A stretch of 42,980 bases of DNA from Candidatus Micrarchaeota archaeon. Its GTDB lineage: Archaea; Micrarchaeota; Micrarchaeia; Anstonellales; Bilamarchaeaceae. The notes below the pieces were generated by a model. It was not told where the DNA came from. It saw nothing but the letters and a program-made list of their open reading frames with translations, and made no database searches. Positions 17,652 to 26,795 of the stretch are shown here, one piece after another (position 1 is the stretch's first letter; every line of letters begins with the position of its first letter). A program made the position numbers and the translations under genes. The stretch covers positions 1 to 42,980 of the forward strand of contig JBBSVO010000006.1 in assembly GCA_038046805.1 (NCBI GenBank). The letters run 5' to 3'.

Positions 17652-18596
17652 GATAGTCGCTTGTTCCCATAATTGCCTGAGGTCATCTCTCATCGCAAGA
17701 ACCTGTATTGCCTCAGAAGTTTCAAGAGTTCTCCCTGCCTCAAAGATTCGCAAGAGTTCATCTGTTGGTTTTCCTTCCATGTACTGTTTTGCAAGAGTAT
17801 AACCAAGACCACTAGAAAGTTCTCTTCTCGTTTTTTGGAGTTTTTTCACCAAAGCTGCTTCGATTGCATTCTCTATGGTCATTCTTAAAATAAACTCGTC
17901 TGGCACAGCTACGTTTGGATTTAAATTTAACATTCTTAAAATCAAAAACCCCGTTGGTTCCTCCATTGGATCGTACCAACAGGTCGCCTCCATCCCTGCT
18001 TCGCATGCCTTGTCGTAAATGGTGCGATGCGCCAGGCCATACCGTACAAACACCTTTATTTCTTTCATATCCCTGAATCGCGGGTACAGCCTTGCTAAAT
18101 CTGATTCAAGAGTTCCCAGGTTTTCCAGGATATTTGGTTCTCTTATGCTGCACATTTCCATGCATGCATCCAGCAATTGTCTTAAGACCGATATGGACTC
18201 TTCAGACAGCATCCCTAAAATCTTCTTAATTCCTATGCTTTCCAGCCGGATTATTCTTTTTTCCAAATCATCTACTTCCCGTTCTTTTCCATGATCCTCA
18301 AGAAAAAACAATATCGCCCTGTTTCGAAGTAGTAGTTCATTTGTATACTGTTGAAATCCCCCTGAACCAGAGTATACCTCTTCAATAAGTGCTCGTTCTC
18401 CGGGCTTTCCTTTTCTAGCTGCATCTATGCACAGGTTTGTTCCAAGAATTTGTGCCAGTCTTTTTTCCCTGCTTAAAGTCGTGTCTTCAGATACAAGCAC
18501 AAATGGCCTAAACGTGCGTAGCCTACCATCAAGTCCTGCGGCATCAGATCGAGTGCTATGCCATCCGAAATCAAAATGAAGCTTTAGTCTTGACAT
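17646..18596 (-). CDS. Hypothetical protein
   Basis: 316 aa ORF, GAGGGA RBS; no confident family. Confidence 0.65.
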   Translation of the reverse strand: MSRLKLHFDFGWHSTRSDAAGLDGRLRTFRPFVLVSEDTTLSREKRLAQILGTNLCIDAARKGKPGERALIEEVYSGSGGFQQYTNELLLRNRAILFFLEDHGKEREVDDLEKRIIRLESIGIKKILGMLSEESISVLRQLLDACMEMCSIREPNILENLGTLESDLARLYPRFRDMKEIKVFVRYGLAHRTIYDKACEAGMEATCWYDPMEEPTGFLILRMLNLNPNVAVPDEFILRMTIENAIEAALVKKLQKTRRELSSGLGYTLAKQYMEGKPTDELLRIFEAGRTLETSEAIQVLAMRDDLRQLWEQATIL

Positions 18597-18686
18597 GAAT
18601 TAAATCCCTCGTTAATCCTATAAGTAGTTATAATATGTGGGAGGAGATATTTATAAATCCGGCTTTATCGCACTAGGTTATTTGGT

Positions 18687-19187
18687 TTACTTCACTTCCT
18701 CGCAACAAGGTATCGTTTCACCAACTAGCGCTTCAGCAGAGGACATAATTTGTTCATTTCCCGTTTTTTCTGCGAATTCCAATGCCTTTTCCTGCTCCCC
18801 GCAATTAGCATATGCCACTGCAATGCTGGAGTATTCCACAGCTTCAATCCCAGATATTGTTAGCTCCGGGTCATGCTCTGCCTGCTCGCGCCATGCTGCC
18901 AATAATCCGAGTTTAGCATCTATGTCTCTTTTGTTTGCAACGCATTCGCTTTCCTGGTTTATCTCGGGATTTGTGCGTTGTGGTGTTGGCAGGCATAATA
19001 ATTCTATCTGTTGGTCTGTTTTTCCTTCACAATGATCAGATACTCGACCATCCTCGCTTCCACATTTGATTATTGAGGATACAAATAGCAAGCCTGCTGC
19101 TGCAACAGATACGAGTCTTTGGCTTCGCAAGCCCGTTCGGTTGTTTTGATAAGTTAAGCCGAGCTTATTTTTGAAAAACACGGACAT
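18687..19187 (-). CDS. Hypothetical exported or lipoprotein-like protein
   Basis: Basic N-terminus, hydrophobic stretch, then IIKCG; Cys-containing; TGATG overlap with the serA stop. Confidence 0.6.
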   Translation of the reverse strand: MSVFFKNKLGLTYQNNRTGLRSQRLVSVAAAGLLFVSSIIKCGSEDGRVSDHCEGKTDQQIELLCLPTPQRTNPEINQESECVANKRDIDAKLGLLAAWREQAEHDPELTISGIEAVEYSSIAVAYANCGEQEKALEFAEKTGNEQIMSSAEALVGETIPCCEEVK

Positions 19188-20125
19188 CACTCCAATTCTT
19201 TCTTCAATCTTTCCACCAGCTCCTTCCCAATCCTTTCCTGGGCTTCCTTTGTGCTTGCGCCAATGTGCGGGGTAAATAAGACGTTGTCCAGTTCAAGAAG
19301 TTTTCCAGTGTACGGTTCGCTCGCATAAACATCCAGTGCCGCACCCGTAAGTTTTCCGCTTTTGCACGCATCATAGAGCGCATTCTCATCAACAATCCCG
19401 CCACGTGCGGCATTGATTAAATACGCCCCGTTTTTCATCTTCGCGAGTGCTTCCGCGTCAATCATGTTTTTTGTTTCCGCATTAAGGGCGACGTGAATCG
19501 TTACAATGTCCGAACTTCCCAGCAACTCTCCGAGCGGAACAAATTCCACATTTTTCGTTCTCGTATCTTTAGTTTTTGAGTTTCCGTCCGCCTGCGTCAT
19601 TTCCTTTGCTTTCGGGTCATATGCAACAATGTTCATTCCGAGTCCGCCCGCCTTTTCTGCAACAAGGGAGCCAATCCTCCCAAATCCGATTACTCCGAGC
19701 GTCTTGCCAGAGATTTCACTGCCAGTAAGCCCTTTCTTTCCCCATACACTGGTTTTCATCTGCAAATGCGCCTTTTGCACATTCCTGAGAAGGCAAATCA
19801 TTGTCCCAATTACCAGCTCGGCAACCGCATTGCTGCTTGCTGCGGGCGTATTAATTACGGTTATTCCACGTTCCTCGCATGCCCGGACATCAACATTGTC
19901 AAGACCAACACCGGCACGGGCGACAACTTTTAATTTTAGTTTTTTTGTTCCGCTCGCACTTTCCAGTAGTTCCTTGGTTACTTTGGTAGCGCTTCTAACA
20001 ATAAGAGCATCTGCATCCTTCAATGCATCTGAAAGATTCGCAGGCTTGTAAATAACTTTCCCAATCTGCCCGATCGCGTCAATTGTTTCCTTTTCCATGT
20101 CATCGGAGATAACCAGAACTACCAT
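19187..20125 (-). CDS. serA: D-3-phosphoglycerate dehydrogenase-like D-2-hydroxyacid dehydrogenase (no ACT domain)
   Basis: VRSATKVT, RAGVGLDNVD, GFGRIG, INAARGG, AALDVY, TPHIGAST. Confidence 0.85.
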   Translation of the reverse strand: MVVLVISDDMEKETIDAIGQIGKVIYKPANLSDALKDADALIVRSATKVTKELLESASGTKKLKLKVVARAGVGLDNVDVRACEERGITVINTPAASSNAVAELVIGTMICLLRNVQKAHLQMKTSVWGKKGLTGSEISGKTLGVIGFGRIGSLVAEKAGGLGMNIVAYDPKAKEMTQADGNSKTKDTRTKNVEFVPLGELLGSSDIVTIHVALNAETKNMIDAEALAKMKNGAYLINAARGGIVDENALYDACKSGKLTGAALDVYASEPYTGKLLELDNVLFTPHIGASTKEAQERIGKELVERLKKELE

Positions 20126-20155
20126 ATGCTCACCTTAATTTTTCAAATATAATTT

Positions 20156-20339
20156 CGGGCCCGATGAGATTTGAACTCACGACCTTCACCTATGTCCATT
20201 ATACCCCTCCGACTTATGCTTCTCCAAGGTTTTGGGGGTGAAGCACTTTTGCCCCTGGGCTTCTGCAGTCAAAAGGGTTCTAGGACGGTGCCGCTCTTTT
20301 TGGTTTCTTTTTGAAATATCCAAGCTGAGCTACGGGCCC
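20156..20339 (-). tRNA. tRNA-Arg(CCT) with two introns: D-loop 20298-20317 (20 nt) and 37/38 20192-20280 (89 nt)
   Basis: GGGCCCG/CGGGCCC acceptor, G73, T-arm GTGAG-TTCAAAT-CTCAT; BHB TTGG/CCAA with ATA and AAA bulges; BHB GTCC/GGAC at the anticodon; TATA box 32 nt upstream. Confidence 0.85.
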
Positions 20340-20381
20340 AACAACTAGAAAATAAATATGGCAGAGGAGATATAAAAGTTG

Positions 20382-20409
20382 GTTTTCAGTTCTCCGTTTC
20401 CTGTTTTTC
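20382..20409. repeat. Heptamer array overlapping the glmU-like 3' end, next to the tRNA-Arg TATA box
   Basis: GTTTTCA GTTCTCC GTTTCCT GTTTTTC. Confidence 0.6.
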
Positions 20410-21684
20410 ATCCCCTTTCATCAAGTGCAATTCCTGCTTCACAAACACCTTTGTATTTGGAGGAATATTTTTGTTCACAACCACGTTTGAGCTTATCCAG
20501 CAATTCTCCCCGATTAATTTTCCGGGCATTGTGCAGGCAAGAACCCCGAACTTTGTATTATCTCCTACCACTGTACCGAACTTCTTTCTTCCGGTGTTCA
20601 CCCAGCCGCGTTCAGTGAGCACGTTTACGTTATCTGAATCAAACCTGAAATTTGCAATCTGGGTTCCAGAACCGAAATTCACGTCGCTTCCAATTATGCT
20701 GTCTCCGATATAAGAAAGGTGCTTCGCCTTAACATTATCAAACAGGATTGAGTTCTTTATTGTTGTTGCCCCGCCTATTTCGCAGTTCGCGCCTATCGAG
20801 TTGTTCCCCTTTAATATCGCGCCAGGACCAATTTTGCTTCCTGCACCGATATAGCTTGTTCCTTCAATATAGCTGTCAAACACCTCCGCGCCTTGTTCAA
20901 GGATTACTTTTCCGCGTATGGTTGAATTTTCAATTTTTCCGAGTGAAGTGTCTCCGTCATTGCGTGATAACAAATAATCATTTGCCTCAAAAAGATGCCA
21001 GGGATATCCAACGTCCATCCAGAATCCATCCACGGTAACTGCCTGTGCACCTATGAAAATATTCACTATTTCATATTCCCCGCGCTCTGATTTTGGAATC
21101 GTGCGGATTTCACTAAAAACAGTTTCGTCCATGCAATAAACAGAAAGATTTGCAAGATCGCTTTTCGGGTGTTGGGTTTTCTCTTCAAATAGTCTCACTG
21201 TTCCATTTTGATTAAGCTCAACAACTCCGTAAAGATGGGGATTTTTTACTTTTTTTACTGCGAGCGTTATTTTGTTTTTTGTTTTGCTGCTTTCGTTTTT
21301 ATGTGCATCAATTACTGCCTTAATTACGCTTGCCTCGGTTACAATATCTCCGGCAAGTGCAACAAAACAACCGCCGCTCTTTCCAACGATTTCCTTTTCC
21401 GCTGTAAGTATCGCCTCGCCGGTTCCGTTCTTTTCTGATTGCTCAACAAATTCGATTTTCATTCCGAGTTCCTTTTGGATTTCCGGTTTTCCGAAATATT
21501 CGATTATTTTCTCCTTTAGATATCGGACAACAATCACAACCTCGGTTATTCCTGCTTTCTTAACCTCGTGAAGAAGATGCCAGAGGATTGGTTTTCCCGC
21601 GACTTGCAGCATAACCTTTGGCCGTGTGTTCGTAAGCGGTTTGAGCCGCACGCCTTCCCCTGCTGCAAGAATGATTGCTTTCAT
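20386..21684 (-). CDS. glmU: Bifunctional sugar-1-phosphate nucleotidyltransferase / acetyltransferase (archaeal GlmU-like)
   Basis: ILAAGEGVRLKPLT..RPK, SERGEYEI, WMDVGYPW, hexapeptide beta-helix, HLSYIGDS, TGRKKFG. Confidence 0.88.
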   Translation of the reverse strand: MKAIILAAGEGVRLKPLTNTRPKVMLQVAGKPILWHLLHEVKKAGITEVVIVVRYLKEKIIEYFGKPEIQKELGMKIEFVEQSEKNGTGEAILTAEKEIVGKSGGCFVALAGDIVTEASVIKAVIDAHKNESSKTKNKITLAVKKVKNPHLYGVVELNQNGTVRLFEEKTQHPKSDLANLSVYCMDETVFSEIRTIPKSERGEYEIVNIFIGAQAVTVDGFWMDVGYPWHLFEANDYLLSRNDGDTSLGKIENSTIRGKVILEQGAEVFDSYIEGTSYIGAGSKIGPGAILKGNNSIGANCEIGGATTIKNSILFDNVKAKHLSYIGDSIIGSDVNFGSGTQIANFRFDSDNVNVLTERGWVNTGRKKFGTVVGDNTKFGVLACTMPGKLIGENCWISSNVVVNKNIPPNTKVFVKQELHLMKGDEKQETEN

Positions 21685-22244
21685 TGGTCTTCACCAGTGC
21701 TTTTTGTAGCATTACCATTATCTCCTGAAGGTTTTATGAAGTTTTTGACTCTTTCAACTATTCCATTGCTTGGGGACATCATATGAAGCGCCATTGTTAC
21801 GTGGCTCCCAAAGATTGTATTTGCAAGATACTTTACATCTAATAAAAATGCCTGTAGAACACCGAAAATCGTTAAAACTGTTGCGCCGCCCCTTACCATC
21901 ATCATCATTTTCGCACCAAGGTCAGATAAATCTGATTTATAAGTTTTAGACAGGCCCCACATGGCTAATCCTGCCAGAGCAAACGCACCAAGCTGACGCG
22001 GATTGATTGCAGAACCTGCAAGTACTCCAAAAATTATGCACCCCGTTGCTGCCTTTTCCCTTTTCCAACCATCTGTTTCCATGGTTTTAGCTAATCGTTC
22101 TGTACCTGCATGAATGAGATCATCTGTAAGAACCGCAATATTCAGGAATACCCCACGCGAAACCAATTCTTTTGCCAGGGTTGTTTTCTTGCCAGGGTCT
22201 GCAAAAATCGTTCTGAATGTAGCAACCTTTTCCCTAAACGTCAT
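21681..22244 (-). CDS. Hypothetical membrane protein
   Basis: 187 aa with 3-4 hydrophobic segments; ATGA overlap with glmU. Confidence 0.65.
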   Translation of the reverse strand: MTFREKVATFRTIFADPGKKTTLAKELVSRGVFLNIAVLTDDLIHAGTERLAKTMETDGWKREKAATGCIIFGVLAGSAINPRQLGAFALAGLAMWGLSKTYKSDLSDLGAKMMMMVRGGATVLTIFGVLQAFLLDVKYLANTIFGSHVTMALHMMSPSNGIVERVKNFIKPSGDNGNATKSTGEDQ

Positions 22245-22296
22245 AATCTGTATTTGTGTTAGATCTATTTAAAAAATGATTTAAACCAACTAATAG

Positions 22297-23658
22297 CTAA
22301 GCTCCCGATTCCTTCTCAATAACCTCAATCAATTCCCCTGCCTTTTTTTCTTGTTTCTCTTTTGTTCTATATTCCATCGTTAATCTCACATATGGTTCTG
22401 TCCCGCTCGCGCGGATAAGGAACCAGCCGTCCGGTTCATCAACGCGTATTCCGTCGTCAGTTCGGATTTTGCAGTTCGCTTTCGTACGGTTTTCTTTTTC
22501 TATCTTGTCCCGCACGCGATCCACGATTTTATATTTCTCCGAATTCGCGCATTCGAACTTCCCCCTGAGCATAAAATATGTCTTGTACTTATTCCGCAAT
22601 GCGCTCAGTTTTCCCTTTTCGCAGAAGATTTCAACGAATTTAGCTGCGGCAAGAATCCCGTCCGGTGCGTGGATTCCATTCGAGAATACGTATTCTCCAC
22701 ATGGTTCTCCTCCAAAAACAGCTTCGGTTCGTTCGAGTTCTTCCGAGACGTAAAGGCTTCCGACAGGGGTAACTAGCAACTCAGCACCTGCATTCTCGAC
22801 CGCTTCCCTGACACATAAGGATGCCTCAACAGTGGAAATGATTTTTTTCTTTCCTTTCACAGTCGTGCGGCTCAACTCATTTTCAATCATTATCGCAAGC
22901 TGCACATCCAATGGTAAGACTGTTCCTGTTTCATCAACAACAACTGTTCTGTCAGCATCTCCGTCATGTCCAATACCTAAATCAGCCTTGAGTTCCAGAA
23001 CCTTTGCCGCAAGTCCCTTTAGATTTTCCGCGTTAGGTTCGGATGGCCTGTCAAATCCGCGTAATCCGGAATTAATCGAAATAATCTCACATCCCATATC
23101 GCGCAGGAGGTCGGTGGTTATCACCGTACCCGCGCCGTTCGGATCTACAATTACTTTTGGTTTGCGTTTTCGTATTTTTTCCATATTTACGAGTTTGGTT
23201 ATCATCTTCTTATGTTCAGAAACAGCATTATCATATATTTCAAGTTTTCCAAGATTGTTCCATCTGGCAAGCAAAAGCGATTCCGTTCTATTATACATAG
23301 CTTCAACTTCTTTCTCTATTTTGCGGCTTATCTCAACTCCATTTGCAAATAGTTTCAGACCATTATACTCTGGCGGATTGTGAGATGCAGTAATCATTAT
23401 TCCATTGCATCTATTGTTCAGTGTAGCAAGCGCAAGTGTCGGAGTCGGAACAATTCCGCAATCTATTGCATTTCTTCCGGAAGAAAGTACTCCAGAAATA
23501 ACCGAGTTCGCAAGCGATTCACCGGTTGTTCTGGTATCCCTCCCGATAATGACGTCCTTTCCATATCCTGCGGCAAAGATATTCCCTATTCTCAGTGCAA
23601 GCTCTTCCGTAACAAAGCTTCCGTAAAGCCCGCGTATTCCGGATGTTCCAAAAAGCAT
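22297..23658 (-). CDS. glmM: Phosphoglucosamine mutase / phosphohexomutase
   Basis: LFGTSGIRG, ITASHNP, HDGDADR, GGE, RASGTEP. Confidence 0.9.
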   Translation of the reverse strand: MLFGTSGIRGLYGSFVTEELALRIGNIFAAGYGKDVIIGRDTRTTGESLANSVISGVLSSGRNAIDCGIVPTPTLALATLNNRCNGIMITASHNPPEYNGLKLFANGVEISRKIEKEVEAMYNRTESLLLARWNNLGKLEIYDNAVSEHKKMITKLVNMEKIRKRKPKVIVDPNGAGTVITTDLLRDMGCEIISINSGLRGFDRPSEPNAENLKGLAAKVLELKADLGIGHDGDADRTVVVDETGTVLPLDVQLAIMIENELSRTTVKGKKKIISTVEASLCVREAVENAGAELLVTPVGSLYVSEELERTEAVFGGEPCGEYVFSNGIHAPDGILAAAKFVEIFCEKGKLSALRNKYKTYFMLRGKFECANSEKYKIVDRVRDKIEKENRTKANCKIRTDDGIRVDEPDGWFLIRASGTEPYVRLTMEYRTKEKQEKKAGELIEVIEKESGA

Positions 23659-23688
23659 GTGATTATTTGTTCAGCAATATTTATTAGC

Positions 23689-23879
23689 TATAGCAAACCC
23701 GAAAAGTAATGTGTCAAGTAATTCGGGTTTGCTAGATATCATGAACGACAATTCGTTCATGAATATGCTCGTGACCGATGCGTCGGTCGCGACACTGCAA
23801 AACGCAAGATTTTTGTTGCAATACATTTGCGTTTTGCTGTATATCCGAATTCAGAAACCGTGCTAAGTTCGGGGTTGCT
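23689..23879. mobile_element. MITE-like cassette of stacked palindromes
   Basis: TAGCAAACCCGAA/TTCGGGTTTGCTA (23691-23734), CATGAACGA/TCGTTCATG, TCGTGACCGA/TCGGTCGCGA, GCAAAACGCAA/TTGCGTTTTGC, outer arm TTCGGGGTTGCT (23868-23879); left end resembles the 4271 element. Confidence 0.65.
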
Positions 23880-23974
23880 CTTAAGTTTTTGTGGTACATC
23901 ATCCTTATAAATATATTCTAACACAAATTAAAACATCATCAATCTGTTCGCAAAATTTAATGTTAGTGATATTC

Positions 23975-25603
23975 ATGCAAAAATTCTTTGATCAGGCAAA
24001 AGGGTGCGAAGTCCAGATGCCAAAATGGGTGGTTGCCGCAAGACAAGGGCTGGACAAGATGAACCGGCTTGCCTCAGCGCTACCTTTGGTCGAGGCGCTT
24101 CGCAGATCTTGCAGTATCTTTAATGGCTGTAAACTAAACGCCAACGTTATTCTGGATCCAGGAAAATCCAAGGAACGATTTTTTATAAATGGCCGAACCG
24201 AAAAGGAATGCTCATTTCTTGATTTTTTATTTATATTGGGCGTGCTGAGCAAGGGGGCGCCAATTGACGCAGTATACAATAAAAACACCAGTGACCTTGT
24301 CATGCTTGCCAACGAGAGAATCCCTGTCGTCATAAAAGAGCCAAAGAATGATTCACCGGCTGCATTTATCCGTTCATTAAATGATGCAATAATAGGTTAT
24401 CGAAAAACTTTACTTGAGATCAATTCCAGAACCTTTGCCACGACCGATGCAGGTTTTCCTGAAGTTGCTGATAGAAACGGACGCGCTGCTATTGTCAGTG
24501 CGCGCAGAGAAATGGAAGACGATGTTTCCTACGGGGCGGATATCTGCGTTGCGTTGGCGCTTCTCAGATCTGTCGCCTCCCGTCTTTCTCCGGAGGTTAG
24601 CCGTCTCCTTGCGGATTTTCTTGAGTATCCAAATACGCACATAGTGCAGGAATATGTATCCTTGTTGTCAGAAATCTCCCGCACAAGGGCAAAGGGTCGA
24701 GATTATATTCTTTCAGCGCTAAAATCCAAATTCGAAATCGCATGTCCGGATGCAGTTGAAATGCTTAAGTCACAATCAGCGGTGCCACCAAAAATCCACT
24801 CGGTAGGTTATATAGCCGAATCTGATAACCTGGTTCAACAACCTGTGGCACCAATTGTACGGACTGCCAGAGAGGATGAGGATTACATTAAGGCGAATTT
24901 TCCGCGCTTTTATCGCATGATGACCGGACCAACAGATGAAGAGCGTACACGAAGAGAATTCGGACACAGATTAAAAATGCTTATTCGTCATGGTGTGCCC
25001 TCCGTTTTCATAAAGCAATGCATTTCTGATGGGGTTCACGACATCGGTGCGATCGAGGAACGGTATACTTCCTTCCAATCCAGGGATCAGGACGCTGATA
25101 GCAGGATATTGTCGCCTGCAGAAGTTTTTCATCTTCCAATACCTGCATATACAATTTCTTCTCCCGAACGGGGCACAATCGAAATAATGCCCCGAGTAGT
25201 CTCCTATGATGATTTCCTTTCCGGAATCACATTCAGTGAGACTGTTCAAAAATACATTTCTGGGAATGGAAACGGTTTAACTTCAAAAGGCGTCGTGTTA
25301 TCCATTTGCAAAGGATTTGATTTTGGGAAGAAAAGCGGGGGTGCGGTTGGAGGGGCGCATTTCAGGGGCGCGATAATCAGGAATAACATACGAAGATGCG
25401 GCCTTGAGGCCGACAGGACATTGGCATTTCTTGATTCCCTTGACCTTATAATTCATCATGGCGGAAGCGCAAGAACAAAGGATGACGCAATGTCCATTAA
25501 TATCAATCCTGACAATGAACTTGGTAAAGAGATATTAAGGACAATAATCGATGCCCTTTTGGTGTCAAGATATTCAAAGGTTGGCACAACAAATGGAAAA
25601 TGA
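23975..25603 (+). CDS. Hypothetical protein
   Basis: Long ORF; ATG 23975 after GTGAT and downstream of TTATAAAT is more plausible than GTG 23891. Confidence 0.65.
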   Translation: MQKFFDQAKGCEVQMPKWVVAARQGLDKMNRLASALPLVEALRRSCSIFNGCKLNANVILDPGKSKERFFINGRTEKECSFLDFLFILGVLSKGAPIDAVYNKNTSDLVMLANERIPVVIKEPKNDSPAAFIRSLNDAIIGYRKTLLEINSRTFATTDAGFPEVADRNGRAAIVSARREMEDDVSYGADICVALALLRSVASRLSPEVSRLLADFLEYPNTHIVQEYVSLLSEISRTRAKGRDYILSALKSKFEIACPDAVEMLKSQSAVPPKIHSVGYIAESDNLVQQPVAPIVRTAREDEDYIKANFPRFYRMMTGPTDEERTRREFGHRLKMLIRHGVPSVFIKQCISDGVHDIGAIEERYTSFQSRDQDADSRILSPAEVFHLPIPAYTISSPERGTIEIMPRVVSYDDFLSGITFSETVQKYISGNGNGLTSKGVVLSICKGFDFGKKSGGAVGGAHFRGAIIRNNIRRCGLEADRTLAFLDSLDLIIHHGGSARTKDDAMSININPDNELGKEILRTIIDALLVSRYSKVGTTNGK

Positions 25604-26795
25604 GGGAAAACCAATCGTGAAGTCGGCAAGAGTACCGCCTCTGTTTGACCTTTGGTCAAATCTCTCGAAGTTCTTCGAACTTCTCGATGTTTCGCTGGCG
25701 GGTGAATTGCCGACCGACTTCACGAGTATTTTTCGAATGGGCGGGATACCGCGCCCTTGGGCGCGGTTCCTCTCCAGCAGGAGAGGACGCCCTTCGAAAA
25801 ATCTGATAGTATATTTCCAAATCTGGAGAATTGATCTGATGGTACACGCCAGTAAAGAGATTCCTCAAAAAACTGCAGAAACCAGAGCAAGAGAACCGAG
25901 GCGCACCAGGGTTCAGGCAGCATGGAATAATCCTGGTTTAGTGGACACATCCTCAAAGCAAGGGGCTGTATTAAGGCCAGAAGATGTGCACGCAATCCAA
26001 AAGCTTAGGGAAATCGGCGGGCTTACAATTGCCGTAGCCATGTCGAAAAGTATTGAGGATACGCGGGCTGCATCTTCGGATACAGAAATGGAAGCAGTTG
26101 CTACTGATTTTAGTCTCAAGATCCGCGAGTTGATTGATTATCTGGAGTCAAAACATCCAAACTATGGGCGGGTTTTAATGTGGCGGATGGAAGAATTAGG
26201 TTTGGATGAAATCGGAGAGAAACTTGGCGGTCTTTGCAGGGAACGCATAAGGCAGATCGAGGTAAATGCAAAGAGGTTCCTACGCGAAGACCTGGAATTG
26301 CGCGCGCTTGCAGAAGCTGCTGGAATAGATACAACTGCTTATTATCGCAATGTGGCATTCCTAAAAGAACTCGGTTTCAGTGACGCGTTCATCTCCCGCT
26401 GGGAAAAATATGGGTTTCCTTCTTCCGACCATCTCACGATCGCTGCGGTGTTTATTGCGGAAGCAGCCTATCCACATTGCGTCGCTGTCAACCATCAAGA
26501 CGCCGTAATTGAGCCCGGAAAAGACAGGTTGGATGAAGTTCGTTTTGCGAAGATACTCGCGAAAATAAATACATCTAAAATAGACGATTTATGCGAAGAA
26601 TTTGGAAAGGACATGGGCGAATTGATAGACAGATTGCAGAAATACTTTTCAAAATGCGTTGAAAGGGCGAAAGCCGCGCTAAGCCCCAAATCAATAGCCA
26701 AAGAATCGGAAAATCCCAAGCCAGAAATTCAAGCCGGAGATGGAAAACCACTAAATCCCCCGCAAACCCCAGGCGTTTCCGAGCAGTCTTCCTAA
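25593..26795 (+). CDS. Protein containing a sigma-70 region 4-type HTH
   Basis: RVLMWRMEELGLDEIGEKLGGLCRERIRQIEVNAKRFLR; start 25593 (coupled to upstream gene) or 25839 (GGAG RBS). Confidence 0.7.
   Translation: MENEGKPIVKSARVPPLFDLWSNLSKFFELLDVSLAGELPTDFTSIFRMGGIPRPWARFLSSRRGRPSKNLIVYFQIWRIDLMVHASKEIPQKTAETRAREPRRTRVQAAWNNPGLVDTSSKQGAVLRPEDVHAIQKLREIGGLTIAVAMSKSIEDTRAASSDTEMEAVATDFSLKIRELIDYLESKHPNYGRVLMWRMEELGLDEIGEKLGGLCRERIRQIEVNAKRFLREDLELRALAEAAGIDTTAYYRNVAFLKELGFSDAFISRWEKYGFPSSDHLTIAAVFIAEAAYPHCVAVNHQDAVIEPGKDRLDEVRFAKILAKINTSKIDDLCEEFGKDMGELIDRLQKYFSKCVERAKAALSPKSIAKESENPKPEIQAGDGKPLNPPQTPGVSEQSS

Noticed and set aside
20204..20277. Assigning the shared intron element to pistol, twister or hammerhead ribozymes or the c-di-GMP-I riboswitch
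   Set aside because: Only short words (AGGGC/GCCCT, GGGCAAA) resemble them; the full consensus cores and stem order are not there by eye
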